Shown here: positions 49,532-60,953 of the stretch, one piece after another
Layout: each line of letters starts with the position of its first letter
How positions within the stretch are numbered: position 1 is the stretch's first letter
From: Saprolegnia diclina VS20
Taxonomy: Eukaryota
NCBI RefSeq assembly: GCF_000281045.1
Contig: NW_008246096.1
Span: 588,497 to 652,496, forward strand
DNA length: 64,000 bases
Direction of reading: 5' to 3'
The notes under the pieces: generated by a model
The model's input: only the letters and a program-made list of their open reading frames with translations
The model's database searches: none
What the model was told of the DNA's origin: nothing
Made by a program: the position numbers and the translations under genes

Positions 49532-49775
49532 TCTGCCTTTCACAACGAGTGGCATTCCATCGGTGGCCTCGTATTCCGGATAATTAGGATGTATCCGTCG
49601 TCAATGCCGTGAATGATTTCTTATTGCCGGCTCGCAATGCCACGTTGTCGGTTGTACTAGACATGGCGGATGCCACATACAGAACCTAGTCAAGGCATAT
49701 GCCTCGCTGGTGCCTCTTAATGTGGCATAGCTATGTGGCATGTGCCGTATACCGCAAGACTTGACAAAAATAGCG

Positions 49776-50483
49776 ATGACGAAGAAGAAGGTCGTCGCGA
49801 ACGACGTTCGTGAGACCATCTACGCCGATGTGCTCCATGGCATGAAGTTCTCCAAGAGCCCGTATGGCCTCTTCAAGCAGATAGCTGAGAAGTACGGGCT
49901 CGCGTCCAAGACAATTCGGCGCATCTGGCTGCGCGGCCAGGAGAGCGACGGCGTCGTCGCCCACCGCGTCCGGGGCAACAAGGGCCGCAGCCGCACGGAC
50001 GCGCAGCTCCAAGACATCAACGCCAAGCTCAACGAGATCCCGCACATTGAGGACAAGGACTTGCGCTCGATCGCCAAGGCCGTCGACATTCCGCTGAGCA
50101 CACTGCACAAGTATATGGTACAAGGTGTTGTCAAGCCCAAGGGTCACACGCACTCACGCCCAAAGCGCCCACCCGCCGTGCCGTCCGAGCAAACGACGTC
50201 CATAGAGGCAATGGCCCCCGAACCGACGGCAATGCCATTCGAGCCCGTCGACTTGGACGAGAGGCTCCCGTCACTCATGGCGCCACCAGACTTCCACACC
50301 TCCGACGTTGAAGTTCTCCAAGAAGAGAACGACCGACTTCGGCGCGAAAATTACGAGCTTGTTCATGCACAACGTGCGCTCATCGCACTCCAAGCTGAGA
50401 ACGAGACGTTGAAGGCTCGAAATATGCAGCTTACGCACGCGCTCCGCGACCTCTCGACGCGCGTTCAGCTAGAAACCATTTAA
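49776..50483 (+). CDS. Protein with mariner/Tc1-like paired HTH N-terminus and C-terminal coiled coil; no DDD/E domain
   Basis: GLFKQIAEKYGLASKTIRRIW...RGNKGRSR...IP...LRSIAKAVDIPLSTLHKY resembles the bipartite HTH and GRxR linker of mariner-type transposases. The tail VEVLQEENDRLRRENYEL...LQAENETLKARNMQL has heptad periodicity. Confidence 0.7.
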   Translation: MTKKKVVANDVRETIYADVLHGMKFSKSPYGLFKQIAEKYGLASKTIRRIWLRGQESDGVVAHRVRGNKGRSRTDAQLQDINAKLNEIPHIEDKDLRSIAKAVDIPLSTLHKYMVQGVVKPKGHTHSRPKRPPAVPSEQTTSIEAMAPEPTAMPFEPVDLDERLPSLMAPPDFHTSDVEVLQEENDRLRRENYELVHAQRALIALQAENETLKARNMQLTHALRDLSTRVQLETI

Positions 50484-53400
50484 ATTATATTCTCTTCCTT
50501 CACTAACGTTAGTACATACGTAGCTCTTGGCACTCGTATGCCCTTTTACGTCGCAGACTCATCGGTGATGAGCAAGAAGCAAGTACGGTGCTACCTACGT
50601 CAAAGACATCACAGATGAGATCGAACTATATTAGTCATTGCATGGTTGCTATGTCCGGCAATATATGGGATTCGACTGCAATGGTACATGTGTGGCGTGG
50701 CGCCAACGCTGCTCCAAGCTGTCGGCTAGAGTAGTAGCCGTGTAGTGGTCGTCAAGACATGGTAGCTCATTGAGCTCGGCGCCGGAAATTTCGTCTGGAC
50801 GCCACTCGCGGCTCTCGCTTGACTTTTACGCAGCAGGTACGCACGTGGCTTGAAAAGCACATTATGGAAGACAAGCGCGGTCGGCCATTGAGGTCGCGCA
50901 CACGTGCGTACATCGTCGGCCGCTTGCGCCGAGCTGCGGCAGTCCAAGGTCCCGACTTGGAGTGCAGTTGAATTACACGTGAGTATCTCAATTTAGACCA
51001 ATGTTCGGTCTCCGATCAGTACCTTTTGCCCAAAAATCAACCAATGCCTGGTCTCCGCAGTCGAATTATAGCCAATGCCTTGTCTCGATTCAGCTACGCC
51101 GGTAAGCGTAACAGTATTTCAAGCTTATATGTTTTAAATGGTATGAGAACCACAACCGAACCACGATCGACAGCACACAGACGCCTTAACACAAGGCCCC
51201 ACCGGCTCTTGTCGTTCTGTAGCATCCTGATATCATGGAGATGAAGGTTTGGACGCCGAGCGTGGCGCATTCATGCGAATTCTGACGTTGTATTTTCGAG
51301 GTGGCAAAATAAACACCAAGCTACACAACGTGTTTTCGCCCAGTTTGAGAGCTCGACCGACTCCGACGTGGGCAGCCACAGTTAGCTATGTATGTCGACT
51401 CGCCGAGCGACCTGCATTTGGGACGTAGTTGGCGCTTGGGTTCTCACAGCAACATGGAACTGCCGAGCGTCGTTTTTTGTCAACTTCAACATCGAAATTC
51501 GAGAAACATACAGCGTTTTCGCTAAATCCGAGAGCGACATATATCTTATATGGTTATGGAGAGCATGTTGCATTGACGGTGAGGGTTCTAGAGGGCGCGA
51601 AGGCGCCTGTAGCATTTTAATACACTATTTAGAATCATACTCTATAAAGGAAATATTGCCTACAAATAGTATATATACTATGTATCCTCAATTACTCCCG
51701 CTACAGAGCTCGACCGGTGACACCACATAGTGTTTCGTGCTCTCCAAAGTGTTTTCTATCACCATGCCAAGTATGAGCGTTTTCATTTTCAATCATGAAC
51801 TGCGCTCAAATTTGCCGTCGCGGCGAGCGTGTGGCGTCTAAATGTGTCTATATTTGGCTATTTATGGTATATGCCAAACTTGTCTTGTTCTTCGAACAAC
51901 ACTGCTGCATCGAATCTTGGTCGTTTGGTGTGGTCCATTAAAGACTGTCGCGTCCAAGGTGGCGTGCTGTGCTGCACGATCTGCAACGGACTGAATTGCA
52001 GGGCTGTTCTTCGCCCCACGGAACGCCGTGCCTGAACCCATCTTCGTATTTTCCCTTGATTCTCTCGCCATAGCCAAGTCCAATGCATCCACTGTGGTCG
52101 TCCACTGGCTGCCGACGCACACCCGCGTCATGATGGACGTGGTAATCGCCGCAAGATATATTCTCGTGGTGTCAATGGCGTCCCCGATTCAGCGATTTTA
52201 TTTTGAAATGCATTGTGCCTGGCTTTGGAATGACGGCTTTCTTAAATGGCGAAAAGTCATTATTTATGGCGCGTACCACAAGTAAACCATTTATGATGCG
52301 CACCGGTAGTTGTCTGATGGTGTGAGATCGATAAGCTCGAAGTCCTCGTCGTCGTCGTCACTTGCTGTAGGATCGAGAGTCTTTGGCATAAACCGGCAAA
52401 TGTGGCGAATAAAGTATATTTGCGAAATGTCGATGCGCTCGTCGCGCGGATGCCACGCGCCGACTTCAAAGTAACAATTAATTATTAATAATACGCGCGC
52501 TGCGTGTGCACGGCGATGACGTGCTGCAGGAAGCCCGGGTCCTGAGCCGTCGTGATGTGGTCCATGCCGAGGCCGTGGACGTCGCCGAACCAACTCACGT
52601 CGTCGGTCTTATCACAGCCTATGTCTGTACCTCTATCATGTCTTGAGAACCTTGCGGTCGTACAGTTGTAGGGATACCTGTGGTTTCAGAGGGATTGCTG
52701 GAGCTAATTTTCTTCTGGCTCGGTGATGCCCTTGCTGAGCTTGAGGCGCAGCTCGTTGTCAATGCACGCGTCGACGTCCGCCCGCGTGCACGTGAGTGCC
52801 ATGCTGTAGCCCATCGCCATATGGAGCTCTTCCACTCACGTCTTGGTCGAATTGTTGCCATTGGAGCCAAATCGAATCGGCAGTTGAGCGTACAGACGAG
52901 CGAGTGGAGGCGCATCCGCAGCACGATCGCCATCGCCAGTGCCAGCAGCAGAGTCGGTCACTGCGCTACTGCAGGCGCTCGACGTATGCCGGTCGCCCTG
53001 GACTGCACCGCTCCATTGGCATGGCGTGGGCCTGCGCCATGGTCATGCATTGCATCGACGAGTCGCGTAGATCGGTGGTACCTGGGAGCGTCTGCTTCAA
53101 GAGCTCGCCTTGGCTCGGCTGCTTTTGTCGTCGTCGGCTCCTGCCCGAGCGCACAAAACACACGGGACCCCCACAAACGTATGCTTCTCGAAAGATATAT
53201 CATGTTGTAAAGTGCGATTATCCGTCCCAACCGGTGTTCTGGCCCAACTGACTTTCGCCAACCGACGGCAACTTGCCGTTCATTTCAGCTTTTCCTACGC
53301 AGCAGAGACGCAGACGAAGCGGGTCCGAGGGCCACAAGGCCGTGGATAGTCGGCGCACGTGACGGGCACGACTGACTGGCATCGATGGCCGTGGGCCTTC

Positions 53401-54533
53401 GGGACCATGGCGTCAGCTGGGCAGTCGTGACCTCGCACGCAGGCACAGCCACGGCCGGACCGGGACTAGCCTCTTCGTGCACCTGTTTGCATCACGCTTG
53501 CCACACTGCGCCGCATCCAGGTACGTCGTATGCATAGCTTTCTTGATATCTCGATACTCACAGTCACCTTCTGTTGCAGCGCCCGATCAACTCAAGTCCA
53601 CGATCTAATTGGGTCATTATTATATCTTAAGTGTTGTGTGGTTTTGCATCGCAGCTCGGCGCTTGGGGGAACTGGTCGTCACTGCACGGGCAAAGGTGTC
53701 GACATATTGACGGACAATGAGGCGGAGAAACCTGGGCTTGCAGCTGAGCCGTCCTCGGGCAGTTGCGTGAGCGCGTGACCAGCTCCATCTACAGTCAACC
53801 AGCGGGTATTCGAGCAAGTCGTTGGCGTTGACAGCGCCGGAGCAAAACGTGCTCATGCACGGGCGCTCGATGAGATCATCATCTTTCTTGGGTCCCGTGA
53901 GTATCATCCCATTCCTTGATATATTGCATCTCTCGACGGCCCTTCCATGCGATTGCATTCCATTGGGCCTGCACGACAACGCGCATCGATCGACCTGACT
54001 TTTCGTGACGAGGTTACGACCTAGTGACGCATCTTCCGAGTAGGCAGTGCAGCACGACCACGCGGTCGATCTTCGTTGAGGTGGCGGTTGAGAATTCGGT
54101 TGACGTTAGCACCAACATATCCTGTCAACACGCGATCCCATGGTGCCGCCTGATTGCGGCCAAGGCGACATTATCGTCCATAAACATTAAAGAAAGTACA
54201 TGCTTCGGTCTCGCAACGAAGCCCAATTTCATTGCTGTTTCGTACCAGTACTAGGCCAGTGCTATACCAAATACTCCAGTGATCTGCGGTGCCACCATTA
54301 TGAACCATGCCGACGGACATAGACGCTCGATGGCACGAAGTCGGCTGTTCGACGTCGCCTTGCGTGCAGGTCCAAGCAGCTGGTTTTCGCTCATCGTTGG
54401 CAGCGCACCATTCCTGTTGTCACTTTAGTTCTTCCTCCGCCAACTAACTAACTATACACGGCTTGCTGTTCGCTGTCTTTCGTATCGAGGCGATGCCCAG
54501 AAACGCTTGTTGATGGCATTACATACAGAGACT

Positions 54534-55958
54534 TTATGACGCGAAGAGTTGGATGCGAAAGAACATGGCGGCGATGACAAAACCGAGCAAGCTCATGACC
54601 CCACCGACGAGGATCGGGAGGCCGTAGCCCATGGACGACGTCACCAAGACGGACGCGAGTACAAAGCTGAAGAATTGGCCAGCGCACATGGCCGAGTTGA
54701 TTGCACCGGCGTAGACACCAATGTCTTCGTCGACGCCAATGACGTGGCAGATTGTCGGGAGGTACAAAGCAAGAAGTGTGTTTTGCGTAAAGCTGCAGCC
54801 GACAACGATCGCGACGTCGAGGACAATGACCTTGGAGATCGACAACACGATGAGCAGCGACTGCGGAAGGAGCGATGCAATAAGAACGCGTTGCACGCCG
54901 CACCGTCGCACGAGCGCCGGCAGTGCGCCCAAGTAGACAAGACTCACGACGTTGTACATGGTGTCGGTGGCGCCGCCCGCGAGCGCGACACCGTCATTGA
55001 ACGCCGTCTGTCCGGCGCTGCACGGAGGGTTGCTGTCGTGACCGCATGTATCAGCGCCAAACGCACTGCCATTCTTGACTACGAGGCCGAAAAACTGGCC
55101 CTTGGCGCCGTTGTAGGCGAAAAAGCCATATTGGACAAAGACGAGGACGACGCAGTAGACACTGAGGACACGGGGAAGGCGTCGGACGCCGTCCCAGACG
55201 GCAGCGAAGGCGGCCTTTGAGGTGCTCGTCGTCGAATGCGTGTCGATTCGCGGTGTCTCGTTGGCTGCAAACATGACCAGGCCGATGGTCGTCGCCATGG
55301 CGGCAATAAGAACGCATAAGAACGGCTTGACGCTCTCGTGCGCGGGGCCGAACGCGAGTATGTAGCCCGATACGAGAAAGGAGCCTGCGATCGAGTACGC
55401 GCTGCCGATGGCGGACGCCGTCACGAGGCGGTCCCCGGCGCAGTCGGCGATCAGCAGCGTCAACGGCGTCTGCGTCAAGTTGAGCGCAACGTCCATCCAA
55501 ACGTACGTGAACACCACGACCCGCGCGGTCCAGGCTCGCGATGGCTCTACCGACCTATCGAAGAGATGCGCTGGCGTATCGCCGAGGGCCTCGCCGATCT
55601 CGACGGCAAACATCATGACGAGCCAGCAGAGGCAGCTGAGGAGCGCGCCGAGGCAGAGGAAGGGCCGACGACGACCAAATTTCGAGGTACAGTTGTCGCT
55701 CCAGACGCCGACAGTAGGCGCGAGAAGGAGGCCAGAGATCGGGCCCACGAGCTGGACGAGCTGCACCGACGACGGTGAGAGAAGCACTTGGAGAAGCGGG
55801 CCAAGCGCCGCCCATTGGGCCGCCCACGCCGTGTTGAGTGCCAAGCGAGGGCTGCACACAGCCAAAAGGCGCAGAGTCGAGTACATTGACGGAGGCGCGT
55901 CGGGCTTGACGTCCACAAAGCTGTAGGCCGGGGTCGTCATGCGCTCGGTCTCGATCAT
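54534..55958 (-). CDS. GPH-family (sucrose/H+ symporter, SLC45-like) MFS transporter, intronless
   Basis: AWAAQWAALGP, GPISGLLLAPTVGVWSDNCTSKFGRRRPF, WMDVALNLTQTP and GVYAGAINSAMCAGQ. About 12 hydrophobic segments. Confidence 0.93.
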   Translation of the reverse strand: MIETERMTTPAYSFVDVKPDAPPSMYSTLRLLAVCSPRLALNTAWAAQWAALGPLLQVLLSPSSVQLVQLVGPISGLLLAPTVGVWSDNCTSKFGRRRPFLCLGALLSCLCWLVMMFAVEIGEALGDTPAHLFDRSVEPSRAWTARVVVFTYVWMDVALNLTQTPLTLLIADCAGDRLVTASAIGSAYSIAGSFLVSGYILAFGPAHESVKPFLCVLIAAMATTIGLVMFAANETPRIDTHSTTSTSKAAFAAVWDGVRRLPRVLSVYCVVLVFVQYGFFAYNGAKGQFFGLVVKNGSAFGADTCGHDSNPPCSAGQTAFNDGVALAGGATDTMYNVVSLVYLGALPALVRRCGVQRVLIASLLPQSLLIVLSISKVIVLDVAIVVGCSFTQNTLLALYLPTICHVIGVDEDIGVYAGAINSAMCAGQFFSFVLASVLVTSSMGYGLPILVGGVMSLLGFVIAAMFFRIQLFAS

Positions 55959-56644
55959 CGTGGACTGCGACGATGACTAATGTTCGAGATACCGCGGATT
56001 TCTCTGCCTCTGTCTCCAGCCGTCAGGAATCCATGTGCCGCCTGGATTGCTTCAAAACTCGCAGATGCTCCTGGCTCGACGTATGGAAGAATCTGGTGCG
56101 AATGCCAGCCTCAGGTGAATGATATACTACCGAGGGTACAGTCCACGACCACGCAGACGGTTCGCACACTTCTACCAGCGAAACCCGAGGCGCTCCAGCT
56201 CTCTCTGCTATCTACTAACTATTCGCAGTACTTTGTTGCGATCTAGTACAATCAATGGAAGCCACGTCACGTCCTTGTCGCAACGACGAGCAAGCAAAGC
56301 GGTGCAGTGACACGTCCCGCCACCACCAAAACCGTGCTGTGAGGTCCGCATCCAACTAGCGCCCGGAAACAACATCTCACTTGCGCCTTGGAAGTCACTA
56401 TTGCAAGGGCAGCCGCAGACAACCTCCAGCGACTGTTCTGCATTCACCGTGTACAGAATTGTCTGATGGCTCGCGAAGGCGCGACCATCAATCTGACGCA
56501 AAGCCCTAGAATGTCGGCCTTCTTTTGTTCAGGGGACTTCGTAAGGTCGTTCGGTCAATGTACGGCGCGTACGTCCGTTGTACGGCCGGCGACACCTGGG
56601 ACACAGGCATGCATGTACGGCGAACGTACGATTTCGACCTCGCG

Positions 56645-59413
56645 ATGGCCACTCGCTACTTTGCGTTTACCATGCTGGCCGTCTCGACGCGTCGGCTCCA
56701 GAAGGACCTGCAGAAGGCGCTGCGCAAAAACTGCGGCGAGCGCGAGCTCCACATGCTGCACCAGGTACGACCTCGGCGGCGTCGCCTCGATGGCTCATGC
56801 GCCGCGTAGCAAATCGGCTCGACGCTCCAGCGCGTCCAGCGCAACCAGAACGTGTGGAAGCATGCGACGCTCCGGGCGCACACGACCAACTCGACCGCCG
56901 CCGCGCGCCATCAGCTCAAGGACGCGCAGCCCATGTCCTTTGGCGCGTGGCTCGCCCAGCGCATCCCCAAGGGTACGACGATGTGCTTGCATGGCCGTGT
57001 GTGGTCATCGTCGCGCGTGTAGGTTTTGAGCGCTTTTACCCCAAGGGTGCCAAGGGTCCGTCAACCGGCGCCAAGCCGTCGTCGGGTGGTCCGAAGGAGA
57101 CACCAAAGGGTCCGTCGGGCAGCGGTGGCAGCGGCGGCGCGGGCGGCAAGAAGCCGCCGACCGGCGACAGCAACGCGGCCGACTCGCTCAAGTACACGAT
57201 CCCGATCGCGCTCGCGCTCCTTCTCTTCCTGGAGGTCTCGTCGGGCGAGCATCTCAAGGAGATGAACTGGCAAGAGTTCCGCAACCACTTTCTCGCGCAA
57301 GGCAAGGTCGACCACCTCGTGATTGTCAACAAGAGCTACGCCAAGGTCTTCTTGCGCCCGAGCGCGTCGAGCACGGCCGCGCCGGCGAGTGGCATGCAGC
57401 AGTCGTACGACCATTCGTCAACCGACGACCACCATGCGGGCGAGCTTCCGCCGGGTGGTGCGTCGGCGCCGCCGGCCACGCTGCCAGCGAGCTTCTACTT
57501 CAACATTGGCAGCATCGACAGCTTTGAGCGCCACATGGAGCAGACACAGGCGTCGCTTGGCATTGCGCCAGCAGATTACATTCCGATCCAGTACGCGAAC
57601 GAGATGAACTGGAAGATGGAGTTGCTCAAGATGGCGCCGACGCTCCTCCTCATCGGCTTTCTCATGATGTCGATGCGCGGTATCGGCGGCGCTGGCGGCG
57701 GTGGCGGCATGGGCGGCATCTTCAAGGTCGGCAAGTCGCCCGCCAAGAAGATCACGAAGGAAGACATCAAGATCACGTTCAAGGACGTGGCCGGCGTCGA
57801 CGAGGCGAAGAAGGAGATCATGGAATTCGTCGAGTTTCTCAAGAACCAGAAAAAGTTTACGGACCTCGGCGCCAAGATCCCCAAGGGCGCCTTGCTTGTC
57901 GGCCCGCCGGGTACGGGCAAGACGATGCTGGCCAAGGCGACGGCCGGCGAGGCCTCGGTGCCGTTCTACTCGATCTCCGGGTCGGACTTTATCGAGATGT
58001 TTGTCGGTGTCGGTCCGTCCCGCGTCCGCGATCTCTTCAAGGAAGCTCGGTATGTGATATACATTCGCGTGCTTAGTTGTATCTTATTTGCTGCGTAGCG
58101 CGAACGCGCCGTGCATTGTCTTTATCGATGAAATCGACGCGGTCGCCCGCGCGCGTAGCAGCGGCAAGTTTGGCGGCGGCAACGACGAGCGCGAGAACAC
58201 GCTCAACCAGCTCCTCGTCGAGATGGACGGCTTCAACTCGAGCGAGGGCGTCGTGGTCCTCGCCGGTACGAACCGCGTCGACATTCTCGACAAGGCCATT
58301 CTGCGACCGGGTCGCTTTGACCGTCAAATCACGGTCGACAAGCCCGACATCAAGGTACTCCTGTTGTCTGTGCTGATGTCGCTCATTTGTCTCTAGGGCC
58401 GCCGCGCGATCTTTAGCGTCCACCTGCAGTCGCTGCACCTCGACGGCACGGTCGAAGACTTTGCTCGACGCATGGCGGCGCTCACGCCGGGTTTCTCTGG
58501 CGCGGACATTGCCAACATTTGCAACGAAGCGGCCATCGTGGCTGCGCGCCGCAACGGCGACTCGATCACGTTCAAGGACTTTGAGCAGGCGACGGACCGT
58601 GTCATTGGCGGCCTCGAGACGAACCGGCTCATGTCGCCGGAGGAGAAGAAGACAGTCGCGTACCACGAGGCGGGCCACGCGGTCACCGGCTGGTTCCTCG
58701 AGCACGCCGACCCGCTCCTCAAGGTGACGATCGTGCCCCGGGGCAAGGGCTCGCTCGGGTATGCGCAGTACCTCCCGAAGGAGGTGTCGCTCCACTCGAA
58801 AGAAGCGATCGAGGACATTATGTGCATGGCCCTCGGCGGCCGCGCGAGCGAGCACGTCAACTTTGACGGACGCATCACGACGGGCGCATCGGACGATCTG
58901 CGCCGCGTGACGCAAATGGCGTACTCGATGGTGCAGCTCTACGGTATGAACGACCGGATCGGGCAGCTCTCGTTCCCAAAGGACGACAATGGCGGGTACC
59001 CGGACCGCATGTACAGTGAGAAGACGGCCGAGGCGATGGACGAAGAGGCCAAGAAGATTGTCGACAAGATGTACGCGCGCACGATTTCGCTCCTGGAAGA
59101 CAAGAAGGACCTGCTGCACAAGCTCTCGGAAGAGCTCTTGGAGAACGAGACGATCAACCACGGCGACATTGTGCGCGTGTTGGGCCCGCGCCCGTTTGGC
59201 GGCAACAAGACGTACACGGAGTTTGTTGAAGAGTCGTGGGCCAACGCCGACTTGCACGAGAAGAACAAGCAGGCGGCGATCGACGCCGAGATCAAGGACG
59301 TCATTGACGCGCTCGACGTCGAAGGCGACGACGCGCCGACCACGGACGAGTCGACCAAGACGACGGACGAGTCGACCAAGACGACGGACGAGTCGACCAA
59401 GAAGACGGAATAG
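56645..59413 (+). CDS. AFG3: Mitochondrial m-AAA protease subunit (AFG3/paraplegin-like FtsH family)
   Basis: Presequence-like N-terminus, [10 protein letters not shown] and two TMs. [26 protein letters not shown] (Walker A), FIDEIDAV (Walker B), [28 protein letters not shown] (HEXXH) and TTGASDDL. Four introns. Confidence 0.96.
59339..59401 (+). repeat. 21-bp coding tandem repeat x3 (TTDESTK) at the AFG3 C-terminus
   Basis: AC(C/G)ACGGACGAGTCGACCAAG three times, followed by a partial copy before the stop. Confidence 0.95.
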
Positions 59414-59503
59414 ATTTGCAATACCAAGTGACAGTGTAGGAGTAGACGCATATTCCCAACATGAAGAGGAAGATGATGCGACGAGGCTACGGATATTATA
59501 GTG

Positions 59504-60157
59504 CTAAAGGTCGTGCACGTGAATGCTCTGGAAGAGAAACTCGGCCGTCGTTGCCTCCGAGTGGGCCAAGAGGTCGCAGACGTCGCCGTGCGACGCCGAG
59601 AGCACGCAGTGCCGGTCCACGCTCACGAGGATGCTGCCCGGCAGCACTTCACCGCTGAGCTCGATCACGCCGCATCGTGGTCGTCCGCGGCTGTCGACGC
59701 CAACGGGCTCAAAGCCCGCTACGGTGGGCACGACAAACGACGACGGCGAGTCCGGCTCGACGAGGATGAGGCCGCTTGGGCCCGGCGGCACGTGCAGCCG
59801 CACGAGTTGGTACAGGTCGTCGTCGTGGCCCTCGTCGTCTTCGTCCGTGTCAAAGTACCCGGTCGTCGACTGGTACCGATAGAGGGTCCCGACGCGCCGA
59901 TCGATGCCAGGGTTGGACGGCCGCCGGACGACGACGGGCGACTCGGTCACGACCAAGTCGGGTGGCTTTTGCCACGGGAAGCAGCGGGGCAGCCATTTGT
60001 TGGGGAAGGCGTCGTCGCTCGGTTCGGGCGGCGTCGAGAGCACGTAGCGCTGGTACTGCGAGTATGTGGGCGACGACCGCGACTGGGAGTGGCGCGTCCG
60101 GGGCGTGAGGCCATCCCGGTCGCTGCCTCGGCTTTGCAGGCAGCAGCGCAGGAACAT
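59504..60157 (-). CDS. Hypothetical protein with C-terminal PDZ-like domain
   Basis: ATG 60157 (MFLRCCLQ) lies downstream of CCAAT boxes at ~60177 and ~60210. VPPGPSGLIL...GVIELSGEVLPGSILVSVD resembles degenerate PDZ domains. Confidence 0.65.
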   Translation of the reverse strand: MFLRCCLQSRGSDRDGLTPRTRHSQSRSSPTYSQYQRYVLSTPPEPSDDAFPNKWLPRCFPWQKPPDLVVTESPVVVRRPSNPGIDRRVGTLYRYQSTTGYFDTDEDDEGHDDDLYQLVRLHVPPGPSGLILVEPDSPSSFVVPTVAGFEPVGVDSRGRPRCGVIELSGEVLPGSILVSVDRHCVLSASHGDVCDLLAHSEATTAEFLFQSIHVHDL

Positions 60158-60953
60158 TTCAAACAAATCACGGCCAAGCCAATCGCAGCGCAGCAACCGA
60201 CGGTTATTGACCAATGAAACGCAGCAAAGTGACGATCTTGAACCGCCTTTGTTTTGGGTTGAGCCCGTCGGCGAAGAAGACACGATCAGCAGCGCAGCGT
60301 GGCTTTGGCGCGACCAGCTTGCAGATAGCATTGCGCGGCCGTTGGCACTCGCCACCACAGCAGCGAGGACAGGCTGCCTCTGTTCCAATCCAAACACGGA
60401 GCAACGTAGTGAATTTAGAGCGGCGTGTAAAATATATTTGAATTCATATAATTATAGTCTTGTCTTTTAAAACGCACCTTAACAACCAACACAGCTATTG
60501 TGAACCCCCGCGCGTGGTGCGTCAGCAGCGGAGCATATCAACAAGCTCCATAAACAATTATATATTCCATATAGCTCCATGCAGTACTTTCGCTATTGCA
60601 CGATGCACTGTAGCCCCCCACCATGGTACGACCGAATTGAACCTGGCACGCAAAGCCACCGTTGCACTGGCCCACCGAATTTTGCAGTAGCCATCCGCCA
60701 CACTGCTCATTATTGTCAGTCGTTGCTACCGTATTCTAAGGACACGATCAACGTACATGTACTTGTCGTTTGACGACTACGCAAGTATCCGGTCGGCTTG
60801 CCCGGGGCTTGGACACGCGCCGGAAACCATACCCCTTCGCTTGGTTCGCAGCGTTGTGGACCGACCCAAGGCTTTGTATTTGCAGTAGATTAGTAGTAGT
60901 ATTAGGCATTAGAGAATAGTAAGTTGTACACAAAACGGCGAAGGGAGGGGTGT

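Noticed and set aside
52050..52215. Minus-strand in-frame TGA followed by xxC (UxxC-like) at 52128-52130
   Set aside because: The frame is closed upstream by TAA with no ATG, there is no thioredoxin-like context and no SECIS was seen. Likely chance.
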